From a virus (Duplodnaviria > Caudoviricetes): a DNA stretch of 64,000 nt. Below, piece after piece: positions 56,435 through 64,000 of the stretch. Below the pieces are notes generated by a model. It did not search any database. It was not told the origin of the DNA and saw nothing but the letters and a program-made list of their open reading frames with translations. Positions within the stretch are counted from its first letter, which is position 1. Each line of letters opens with the position of its first letter. The stretch spans positions 192,001-256,000 of the IMG/VR virus record IMGVR_UViG_3300015606_001334; one strand, written 5' to 3'. Made by a program: the position numbers and the translations under genes.

Positions 56435-58239
56435 AGCGATTTCAATGTTTTAGCGGTTGATGAAGATAACATTCTTTGAGCCGATGGTTTATGAGAAGAA
56501 TATTCACCTCTTCGGTCGGTTTCAATGTAGATCCACTTTCTCTTGTATAGAGAGAATTGGTAAAGTCTTGCTGGCACGTTCAATTCTGGTGCGTAAATTA
56601 AGCGGTAATACTGACCATCTTGGCAAGTGTCCATATCTGGAAGCTTGTAACCTTCTTCATATGGAGCGCCATCTGGTGGAATTGCGTCTTCAACATAAAG
56701 ATCACGGCCATCGTAGCTATTTAACTTTTCTTCCTTAGTGATCGCGTAAGCAGATTGACCTGAAGCTACATCGGTTCCGCCTGCAGATCCAATCTCTGGA
56801 ACTTTATCTGCAGCCATTGCTTTGATATTCTCAGTTGAAGTCAAATCTTGGGTGATGACTTGCTGAATTCCGCTAAAGAAGTCCGAATCATCGATAGAGT
56901 ATTTCTGAGATGTAACAGTCTTGATGATGTCACGATGCTCTTGGCCCGGGATCAGTTGTTGTGCGGTGAATCGATAAATCAATGGTGTCCAGCCTGGAGA
57001 ATAGCCTTCAGCAGACCATCCTGCATCGGTAACTTCAAGATACTTTTTGACGATATTCATGTTCTGATCATATGCGGCTTCAGGACACACTTCGATAATA
57101 TCGCCGATAATGATTGGACGGCCTAACTTCTCGACCATTGAGCTAAATGCAGTAGTAAATGCATATTGGTCAAGAATGTTGAAACCAAACTTACCCATAT
57201 CTCCTAGTGGATCAAACGGCTGGTACTGGCAACGCAATGTCTCAGAGGTCTGAGCATAATCTCTATCTCGGTTTTCAAGGAAGAAAATATCCTGAATGTT
57301 GTCAATAGAGGTTTGCTCATAGTCCATTAATTCTAGACGCGCGACTTCCCAATTCTCATTTGCTGAGACACCGTTAAACATCAATGGGACAAATCTCCAA
57401 TAACGAGAAGGGACAGAATTCTTAAACGAGATTGCGTTGATTAGATTGTCATCTGGAAGATTGACAATATCTACACGAATCCATTCTAATTCGAAATCAA
57501 AGGTGAAGGTGTCATTTACCAAGAATGGTAGAGAACCCGCCTGAATAGTGAATGAAAGGAAATTCGAATAGAAAGATTTACCGACTTCAGCAATACCCAA
57601 ACTTCCATAGGCAAGGGAAATAACTTGGAATTGGGTTGCGGAAAGAGCGGAAATCATGAACTTGTCTGTGACTGCTCTTGGGCCTTTTTTGACGTCAATT
57701 AATTGGCCATTACCAAATCCGTAAAATGACAGATTCTTTGGGATAAAATTTCCCAAGCTGCGGTCAATACGAATTTGAGATGCTCTTCTCTCACGTACGC
57801 CGCTTTGTTGAATTCTAAAGGTGGAAATACGATTCAAATTTGGTTGAGGTGGATCGTACTTCTCATTGCCTTGTTTAGTTTTCTTGGTTCCAAAGTCGTA
57901 GCCAATCCATGCGGCAGCAGTTACTGCCGCACCCTGCTGGGAAGACTTCCATGAAGGAGAGCCAACAGTAAAAGCGTTAGTGATGCTAGTATCTGCCGAA
58001 GTGCCGCCGCTCAATGGAAACCCTGCGCCTGTAAGATCAATCAACTTACCTTGCTCGTGAACACCTAGCAATTTGAAGACGTTAATTGGCGCACCAGAAA
58101 TCTCAAGTGTCTCGACTACGTATTGGTTTGCGAGAATCGAATCATTTGCTCCGCAAGGAGTATCAGATTGAAGTCTCCAAGTACCAACACAAGTCTCTGA
58201 CTTGAGAATTTGGTTCATTGCATTTGTACATTCTGCCAC
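56431..58239 (-). CDS. neck/head closure protein (gp14-like) with inserted surface domains
   Basis: E..EISG..I, IQD.FFLENRDR.Y, KFG, LGR....GD.IE; between the gp13- and gp15-like genes. Confidence 0.75.
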   Translation of the reverse strand: MAECTNAMNQILKSETCVGTWRLQSDTPCGANDSILANQYVVETLEISGAPINVFKLLGVHEQGKLIDLTGAGFPLSGGTSADTSITNAFTVGSPSWKSSQQGAAVTAAAWIGYDFGTKKTKQGNEKYDPPQPNLNRISTFRIQQSGVRERRASQIRIDRSLGNFIPKNLSFYGFGNGQLIDVKKGPRAVTDKFMISALSATQFQVISLAYGSLGIAEVGKSFYSNFLSFTIQAGSLPFLVNDTFTFDFELEWIRVDIVNLPDDNLINAISFKNSVPSRYWRFVPLMFNGVSANENWEVARLELMDYEQTSIDNIQDIFFLENRDRDYAQTSETLRCQYQPFDPLGDMGKFGFNILDQYAFTTAFSSMVEKLGRPIIIGDIIEVCPEAAYDQNMNIVKKYLEVTDAGWSAEGYSPGWTPLIYRFTAQQLIPGQEHRDIIKTVTSQKYSIDDSDFFSGIQQVITQDLTSTENIKAMAADKVPEIGSAGGTDVASGQSAYAITKEEKLNSYDGRDLYVEDAIPPDGAPYEEGYKLPDMDTCQDGQYYRLIYAPELNVPARLYQFSLYKRKWIYIETDRRGEYSSHKPSAQRMLSSSTAKTLKSL

Positions 58240-58242
58240 GTT

Positions 58243-59751
58243 TTATCCAATCAAGAATGCGGTGTTGTCATAATCTACGCCACCATTACCAACTTCAAAG
58301 TCACGAATCTGACGTAGACATTCTTCAAAGTCCTGGCGTGCTTCGCTAATCAACATATCACCGTTGAGAGATAGACCACCGTTAGCTCCAGGTAGCGAAG
58401 GATATTTGGAACGGATCATACCAAGCATTTCTTTTAATTCAGCATGAGCCCATGACTGAAGCCACTGTTTTGCCCAGCGGTCAGTCAAGAGCTCCTGCTC
58501 GGTTCTTTCCATGACACACTCAATCACGACCTTTTCGTCTCTGTATAGCTTGCGGTAAAGCTCTAGTCGTCTAGTGTTCTCATTGAAATTGAACATTAAA
58601 TTGCCAGCAAAAATGCGTTCAAAATCCTCCGATAATGAAGCGATAAGATGCAAAGACAAAATATCAACCATGTTACCAGAGTAATATTGGTTGAAAAACA
58701 TTTGAGAATAAACTCCATTATCTCCTCCTAGTGTAGTAGCCCCTAGAGTATTAACTCTATGGATCTTTATTATGTTCACTATTTTATCAGTCCCTGCGCG
58801 AGGGTCATTGAGATAATAGATGCTCTGTTCTTTCTTTATAGTATAGAGTACGTAAGAACGATGGTAAGCATTATCTGCTCTACGACGGAATTCGTCAAGA
58901 GCGTTACCAATCGCAACGTTAAATGCTTCTTCAGTTAATTCAACACAAACAGATGGCCAACCCAACTGAACCTTCAAAACACGGATAAGGTTTGCTCTTT
59001 CGTCATAGCTTCCATCTGTACCAACGCCGATCTTATCGACCATTGGTGTACCTTCTTGTTGTCCAGCGGTCTTAGTCCATTCGGTACCGTTCCAAATGAA
59101 TAGTGTTTGGATATCGGTGTTGTAATAGAATTGACCAACTTGAAGGTTAGCAGTAGGAAACGCGGTTCCGGTCTGAACGGTATCAGTGCTTGCCAAAATC
59201 CAAGAGGTTCCATTCCACATGTAGACTTTGGCGTCTGATAAGTTGAAATAGGTTTGACCAAGAATTGGGTTGAGCGGTGGAGTAGGACTTCTATCCATAA
59301 CACTAGCTTGCGATGCATTTTCTTCAGCACCGAAAGACTGGTCAAGAGGATAAGAGTGAGCACCTGCAGTATGATACTGAAGGATGTTTGAACAAATATG
59401 GATGGATGCGTAGTATTGCTTGTCTGAAACTAGACCAGAAACTGAAACTGCTCTTTTAGTTAGGTCACCACCGAACTGGGCGTAGAATGCATCAACGACT
59501 ACAGCATTCCCAATCTTTGATGCTGGGGCGGTAATGTCTGAAGATGCAGTGTACTGTACCCCATCAGTCGGGAAGTTTGAAGGATCCATTGGCTTATCAG
59601 AGATAAGAACAATAGCTCCAGCAAAAACTTTGGCATCCGCAGGGATAGTCCAAGATAATGTAGCAGTGGTCAAAGAAGTACGAGTTAGAACAAGGCTAAC
59701 TAGACGTGCTTCAATAACAAGGTCGAAAACTGTGGTTTCAGTTAGGTTCAT
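58243..59751 (-). CDS. neck protein (gp13-like) with N-terminal extension
   Basis: LG.P.V.VEL, W..A..K..LG..RSKY..LPG..GG.SLNG....EA; extension with GQ.Y[FY]N....[YF].WNG..W repeats. Confidence 0.85.
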   Translation of the reverse strand: MNLTETTVFDLVIEARLVSLVLTRTSLTTATLSWTIPADAKVFAGAIVLISDKPMDPSNFPTDGVQYTASSDITAPASKIGNAVVVDAFYAQFGGDLTKRAVSVSGLVSDKQYYASIHICSNILQYHTAGAHSYPLDQSFGAEENASQASVMDRSPTPPLNPILGQTYFNLSDAKVYMWNGTSWILASTDTVQTGTAFPTANLQVGQFYYNTDIQTLFIWNGTEWTKTAGQQEGTPMVDKIGVGTDGSYDERANLIRVLKVQLGWPSVCVELTEEAFNVAIGNALDEFRRRADNAYHRSYVLYTIKKEQSIYYLNDPRAGTDKIVNIIKIHRVNTLGATTLGGDNGVYSQMFFNQYYSGNMVDILSLHLIASLSEDFERIFAGNLMFNFNENTRRLELYRKLYRDEKVVIECVMERTEQELLTDRWAKQWLQSWAHAELKEMLGMIRSKYPSLPGANGGLSLNGDMLISEARQDFEECLRQIRDFEVGNGGVDYDNTAFLIG

Positions 59752-59848
59752 TTATTTTCCTTACGTGTAGGCCGTAAATCACTATATTTATTTATTGATA
59801 TGGCTGACCGAATAAATATCTGTATCTAACTTTCTTACTAAGACTGCC

Positions 59849-61015
59849 ATGCTTCTTTTACGTGAAATGCTCGAAATTACCGAAGACGATTTACTTTGCG
59901 AGGACTTCGGAAATCTAAAGGGAATTGACCCAAATCTGCTTAAGGCCCTTATGAGTCAAGAGTACGTTGGTTCTAAAGGTCCAGGTCAATATCGTTATCG
60001 CGATGTTTTGTCAAAGTCGGCAGGCAAGGCGAGTAATACGTCAGACGTTGAGATAAAGAATTCGAAGACTGTCACTAACGAGTTTCAAAACAATCCAAAA
60101 ACAATTGGTGCAGTCATTTACGATAAGATCAGTGGTAAACAATTCGCAATGATCGGTATCAAGGCTGAAAAGACTTATAAGACCGAACGCAAGATGGGTA
60201 TTGTGGTCAACTACGTCGCCCTATCTGGAGACAACCCAAGACCAGATGACATCAAACATCATCGCAGCTTGGTGTGGGACGAAATAAAGTCGACTGGTGA
60301 AAAGCCAAAGAATTACCTGTCAGCAGAACGCGACTACAAAGATTCTCAAGTAGCAAAGGTCGTCAATCTAGTTCGTAATAGAGCAGATCTTTGGAAGACC
60401 AATGGCAAGACCGTGGATTTGTGCGTAAAGTTCATTTATGCTGACGAAGAACGTCCTAAGTTGAAAAGCGAAAGAGCTTTCAGAAAACAAGGAATTGTTC
60501 CTATCAAGCTAGTAGGAAAAGAACTTAGCGACTTTAAAGAGCGTGCGATCAATGCTTTAAAGCAAAGATTGGACAAATACAAGAGCGAAAAGCTAAAGAA
60601 TGCTGGTGATGGTATCAACATTAAGGATTTTGCTGCTGAAGTCCGTAAAGCTGGCTTCCTTGACAAGTTCAACGTTAATGGTTACATCTACAACTATTAC
60701 GATGATCGCATCAACTTCAGTGCAATGAAGAAGGGCAAGCATAAGCCCGACGAAAACGGATATTCTGACGCATCTTACATTACCTATCGAGTTGATGATA
60801 GCTCTCCTTCATACCAAGAAATGCAAAAGCAATATTGGGAAGAACGCTCTAATATTTCGGCAAACTTCAAAGACGATCCAGAAGCTTTCCATCGCGCTCA
60901 TGATAAGTTGAAGAAGCGTTTGAAGGTTCCACCAACAAGAATCGAGATCCTTCTAGATTTCGAGGGCGGTGCAATTGTTCCTTATGATGTTAAGCTTGAC
61001 TATAGCGGCGTATGA
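59849..61015 (+). CDS. hypothetical late protein with LxE-type N-terminus
   Basis: MLLLREMLE...LLCE; late promoter AATAAATA at 59811-59818. Confidence 0.7.
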   Translation: MLLLREMLEITEDDLLCEDFGNLKGIDPNLLKALMSQEYVGSKGPGQYRYRDVLSKSAGKASNTSDVEIKNSKTVTNEFQNNPKTIGAVIYDKISGKQFAMIGIKAEKTYKTERKMGIVVNYVALSGDNPRPDDIKHHRSLVWDEIKSTGEKPKNYLSAERDYKDSQVAKVVNLVRNRADLWKTNGKTVDLCVKFIYADEERPKLKSERAFRKQGIVPIKLVGKELSDFKERAINALKQRLDKYKSEKLKNAGDGINIKDFAAEVRKAGFLDKFNVNGYIYNYYDDRINFSAMKKGKHKPDENGYSDASYITYRVDDSSPSYQEMQKQYWEERSNISANFKDDPEAFHRAHDKLKKRLKVPPTRIEILLDFEGGAIVPYDVKLDYSGV

Positions 61016-61221
61016 TTTCTGAAAAAGTAGTTCAATGCGTTTGTATGCCTGGTCATACAATAGAAGCGTTGATCAAAAAAGAGAATCGTCATGATGTAAC
61101 TCGAGAAGAGCTCAATGTTCTTCTCGAGAGATTCAACGCAATAAACCCTCCAGTCGTCCCAAAAGCTGGAAACGTGCTCAACATCCCCATTTTACAAAGA
61201 CATCTCAGCGTGATAAAATAA
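61012..61221 (+). CDS. small LysM-like protein
   Basis: V..PG.TI..L.......F..IN....P..G..L.IP. Confidence 0.45.
   Translation: MISEKVVQCVCMPGHTIEALIKKENRHDVTREELNVLLERFNAINPPVVPKAGNVLNIPILQRHLSVIK
61191..61219 (+). promoter_or_regulatory. early promoter TTTACA-N17-TAAAAT
   Basis: 17-bp spacer, TG extension. Confidence 0.7.
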
Positions 61222-61250
61222 CAAAGTTCTTGTACTTTGTTAAATTTGAG

Positions 61251-61838
61251 ATGAATATTTTTGCTTTATCTGACGATCCAAAGCAGGCCGCCGAATGGCA
61301 CAATGATCGGCATTTGGTGAAGATGATTACTGAGACGGCTCAAATGCTATCTACTGCTCATCGAGTTTTAGACGGTAAGTCTGTAGTCTTTGGAAAGAAG
61401 AAGAATTTTCTGATCCTGCCATTTGAAGAAATCGTCGTCGACTACGAGAAGAGTACACCCAAAAATTTGGTGTACAAGCTAGAAAATCAAAAAGCAATGT
61501 TGGCTACCCATATCAATCATCCATCGTCTGTATGGATTAGAGAGAATACCGAAAATTATGAGTGGGCAATAAATCTTTGGGATGCCCTTCTTAATGAATG
61601 GCGAAAACGGTATCAACACCAAAAGATTCATGCTTCACAACGATTTCAGGGAACCTTCTGCACCTTTCCGAGAAATCTGCCTGTTGGAAAACGAACTCCA
61701 TTTGCTTTAGCTATGCCTGATCATTACAAGATTTCTGATGATCCTGTAATTTGCTATCGCGAGTACTATAAATTAGGTAAAGCGCATTTAGCGAATTGGA
61801 GAGGAAAAAATGCTCCTCCGTGGTTTTACAATTTTTAA
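61251..61838 (+). CDS. pyrimidine-dimer DNA glycosylase/endonuclease V-like family protein
   Basis: MNIF.L..DP..AA..H.D.H.VKM..E.AQMLSTAH, H.NHPS..W, F.LAMP..YK, YR.YY. Confidence 0.8.
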   Translation: MNIFALSDDPKQAAEWHNDRHLVKMITETAQMLSTAHRVLDGKSVVFGKKKNFLILPFEEIVVDYEKSTPKNLVYKLENQKAMLATHINHPSSVWIRENTENYEWAINLWDALLNEWRKRYQHQKIHASQRFQGTFCTFPRNLPVGKRTPFALAMPDHYKISDDPVICYREYYKLGKAHLANWRGKNAPPWFYNF

Positions 61839-61887
61839 ACGATGGTTCCAAAAGAAGCCAGAACAAAAGAGAGAAGGAATAACAAAT

Positions 61888-62103
61888 ATGACACCAGCAC
61901 TCACCCCAGAATACCTGGAATCACTCAAGCAGGAGTACCAATATGTCTCCACATGCTTGAACTATTCAACACAGAAGTTTAAACTACTCACTAACCAGGG
62001 ACTAAACCCCCAGGTACTTCAAGAAGTAAACAACGAGCTAGTCGTAAAGAAGGCTTCGTTGGAAGTTCAGATCTACGCGCTGACAGATTTCTTCTCAGCA
62101 TAA
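61888..62103 (+). CDS. hypothetical protein
   Basis: 71 aa, AAGGA SD, ends at a terminator. Confidence 0.5.
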   Translation: MTPALTPEYLESLKQEYQYVSTCLNYSTQKFKLLTNQGLNPQVLQEVNNELVVKKASLEVQIYALTDFFSA

Positions 62104-62106
62104 GAG

Positions 62107-62136
62107 AAAAGGGAGCTTAAAGCTCCCTTTCTTTTT
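62107..62136. terminator. bidirectional intrinsic terminator
   Basis: AAAGGGAGCT-TAA-AGCTCCCTTT. Confidence 0.9.
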
Positions 62137-62139
62137 AAG

Positions 62140-62373
62140 TCATTCTGGTATCCACCGTTTCTCGGCGTCGCCATGAATGAAGCACCCTTCAGCACCACAC
62201 CCACAGACTGAAACGTATCGATATCCCTTACGTTTTGGAATCTCTCCACGTTTTTCTCTTGAGTTGAGAACCGCTTCGTCATGCTTGATGATTGCCATGT
62301 CAAGAGCGGTATAGAAACGATGTCCCATACGACCTTCTCGACGATGTTTGATTTTGCTTGTTAGTTTTGCCAT
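62140..62373 (-). CDS. hypothetical protein
   Basis: 77 aa, CGCG..GC..H. Confidence 0.55.
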   Translation of the reverse strand: MAKLTSKIKHRREGRMGHRFYTALDMAIIKHDEAVLNSREKRGEIPKRKGYRYVSVCGCGAEGCFIHGDAEKRWIPE

Positions 62374-62376
62374 TTT

Positions 62377-62613
62377 CTACCGTTTACGGAATTTGACTTG
62401 GGAATGGTCGTAAGTAAACACAATGTCACCAACACGAACAGGTGCATTGCTGTAATGAATCTCATTCGAGACAGGATCGGGATCTTGACGAAAAACGCCC
62501 TTGATGATGGACCCATTCGCCCCGATTTCGAAGAGTTCCAGCCAACCACGGCATGGATGCTTCAGATATTCATTGTCACTTGAGACGAGAGTGACGTACA
62601 GTTCGTTTGACAT
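62377..62613 (-). CDS. hypothetical protein
   Basis: 78 aa in a co-directional run. Confidence 0.55.
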   Translation of the reverse strand: MSNELYVTLVSSDNEYLKHPCRGWLELFEIGANGSIIKGVFRQDPDPVSNEIHYSNAPVRVGDIVFTYDHSQVKFRKR

Positions 62614-62615
62614 GA

Positions 62616-63047
62616 TTAAAACTCCTGATAGCGTTTGAGAAGGACTTCACGGAATTCAAGAGCTTCAGGACAACGCTCAAGTTCTTCGTCAGTCATTTCA
62701 CGGATTTCAAAGACGCTCTTTCCGCAGCCTGGGAAAAGCTCATCATTTTCAAGTACGTGGCGAATCGTACTTTCGATGGCATTGCTGAAGAAGCAATCTG
62801 CCCAATGGCCTTGGTGACCTTCAAACGTGTCACCATTGTCGACGGTGATCCAGATCGGATTCTTGTTGAGAGCTTCAGCAAGGCTCAAAGCTTCCTTCTC
62901 GCCGAAGGGACCGAACTTCATGACGTTATGGCCAAACTTTGTGCCTTTGTTGATGACATCCCAATGAACGACTACCCATTCAGCAGAGCGCTCGTTCGGC
63001 TCTTCTTCGTGGTAGACTGCTTCGTAGTTATGCTTCATTTTGTTCAC
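62616..63047 (-). CDS. hypothetical protein
   Basis: 143 aa in a co-directional run. Confidence 0.6.
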   Translation of the reverse strand: MNKMKHNYEAVYHEEEPNERSAEWVVVHWDVINKGTKFGHNVMKFGPFGEKEALSLAEALNKNPIWITVDNGDTFEGHQGHWADCFFSNAIESTIRHVLENDELFPGCGKSVFEIREMTDEELERCPEALEFREVLLKRYQEF

Positions 63048-63633
63048 CCTTTACGACGAGGACCTTGACTTCCTTGGCACCGAACATTTCCTTCACGCTT
63101 TCGAAATGCTTGGCCATCTCGCTGAGATATGCCTTTTCAGTCTGAGAAATGCTTTCAACGGGAAAGCGATGTGCCATTTCACGGGTAGTAAGTTCCGCAC
63201 CGAACAGTCCGTTGTACATCAGCCATTGAGCGCCCTTTTCGAAGATGAAGAGAACAGAAAGGAACGTGTTTTGAAGTTCCTTGCTTTCACGACGGAGGCG
63301 GAATGCCTTATCGCATTCAAACTGACCACGGTCTTTCCACCATGCACGAACATCAGCGTAGGTGTGACCTTTCTTGTGATAGTTTTCGGAAAGCTTTTGC
63401 AAGCGGCCCAAATCGAAGTCGTCGAGGTCGGAGTATTCGGAGGTCAGTGGCAAATTACCATCAATTGCCAACAGCAAGCGGAAATAGCGATTGCGAGCAG
63501 CATAGAGTTGAGTTTGCCAAAACTCTTCAGGCATGTTGTCGAGGGATTCGATACCAAGAGCTACGCGAACGGCATCAGCATCGATTGCGATAGCGCAAAC
63601 TGAATTCATAAACAATTGCAAACGGTAGTTCAT
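63028..63633 (-). CDS. hypothetical early protein
   Basis: GGAG SD downstream of an early promoter. Confidence 0.65.
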   Translation of the reverse strand: MNYRLQLFMNSVCAIAIDADAVRVALGIESLDNMPEEFWQTQLYAARNRYFRLLLAIDGNLPLTSEYSDLDDFDLGRLQKLSENYHKKGHTYADVRAWWKDRGQFECDKAFRLRRESKELQNTFLSVLFIFEKGAQWLMYNGLFGAELTTREMAHRFPVESISQTEKAYLSEMAKHFESVKEMFGAKEVKVLVVKGEQNEA

Positions 63634-63662
63634 GGTCATCTCCAAGTAATCATCGTAGGTGC

Positions 63663-63692
63663 ATTGTATACCAAAATTTCGGTCTTGTAAAC
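63663..63692 (-). promoter_or_regulatory. early promoter GTTTACA-N17-TACAAT
   Basis: 17-bp spacer. Confidence 0.8.
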
Positions 63693-63694
63693 TG

Positions 63695-63913
63695 TTAGCG
63701 CTTACCGAAGCTGTTCATTTCGCTCATCTCTTGGAACAACGCGTAGCCTTGCTCGTTGGTCAGATCCTTCACATTAAAAAGGCCCGGGACGATCGTATCT
63801 TTCCAATGATTGGTAGCCGGGCCTGCAAAGTAAACGTAACCCTTACCAGGAAGAATCTCTGCTTCGATGTTGAGCTTCTTCAGTTGCTTGTTGATCTTAG
63901 CCAGCGTGGTCAT
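63695..63913 (-). CDS. hypothetical early protein
   Basis: GGAG SD downstream of an early promoter. Confidence 0.6.
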   Translation of the reverse strand: MTTLAKINKQLKKLNIEAEILPGKGYVYFAGPATNHWKDTIVPGLFNVKDLTNEQGYALFQEMSEMNSFGKR

Positions 63914-63936
63914 GACCATCTCCAAAATTTAGAGAT

Positions 63937-63966
63937 ATTGTAAACTTTCCGGCTACAGTTGTAAAC
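63937..63966 (-). promoter_or_regulatory. early promoter GTTTACA-N17-TACAAT
   Basis: 17-bp spacer. Confidence 0.8.
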
Positions 63967-64000
63967 TTAAAAGGCCCAAGTCATAAACTTTGGGCCTTTC

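Noticed and set aside
2213-63603. Long antisense ORFs in the track (e.g. 2213-2845, 4060-4614, 12119-12814, 43709-44296, 63040-63603)
   Set aside because: They are shadow frames of well-supported genes on the opposite strand, with no motifs or RBS of their own.
1-64000. CRISPR array or cas genes
   Set aside because: I saw no regularly spaced 25-45 bp repeats; the recurring motifs are promoters, terminators or coding repeats.
1-64000. Stop-codon reassignment as in some jumbo phages
   Set aside because: Conserved genes (ligA, nrdJ, terL, sheath, rIIA) are full length in the standard code and coding density is high.

Overview
This 64-kb window is part of a large T4-related (jumbo-type) myophage genome in the standard genetic code. 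The left third (1-24.5 kb, mostly minus strand) carries replication, recombination and nucleotide-metabolism genes. These include NAD-dependent ligase, a DNA polymerase III alpha-like enzyme split into two small genes, clamp loader, GroES, dCMP deaminase, dUTPase, class II ribonucleotide reductase, UvsW/UvsY/UvsX and gp32 SSB. A holin-like gene and a GH108 endolysin sit among them, each preceded by an RBS-sequestering hairpin that contains a late promoter. The rest is virion morphogenesis (TerL, TerS, gp4, tube, sheath, gp15/14/13) with an antisense early island (HNH-rIIA-rIIB). The most striking feature is a set of about 19 genes among the morphogenesis genes whose products start with a T4 internal-protein-like capsid-targeting peptide ending in (L/I/F)xE. 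Eleven of them are divergent paralogous leucine-rich-repeat-type proteins sharing a conserved C-terminal tag (D-x-x-[DE]-x-Q-[DES]-x-[LFI]-x-D-A-G-[FL]). The others are 3 paralogous ADP-ribosyltransferase-fold proteins, a P-loop kinase, a ParB/Srx-fold protein and unknowns. I infer a diversified, virion-packaged and injected effector arsenal. Two SPASM/twitch radical SAM enzymes and a methyltransferase-like gene lie in the same late modules. Early promoters (TTTAC[AT]-N17-TA[TCA]AAT) and late promoters (nATAAATA) are clearly readable. All product calls come from motif recognition by eye, with no database search.
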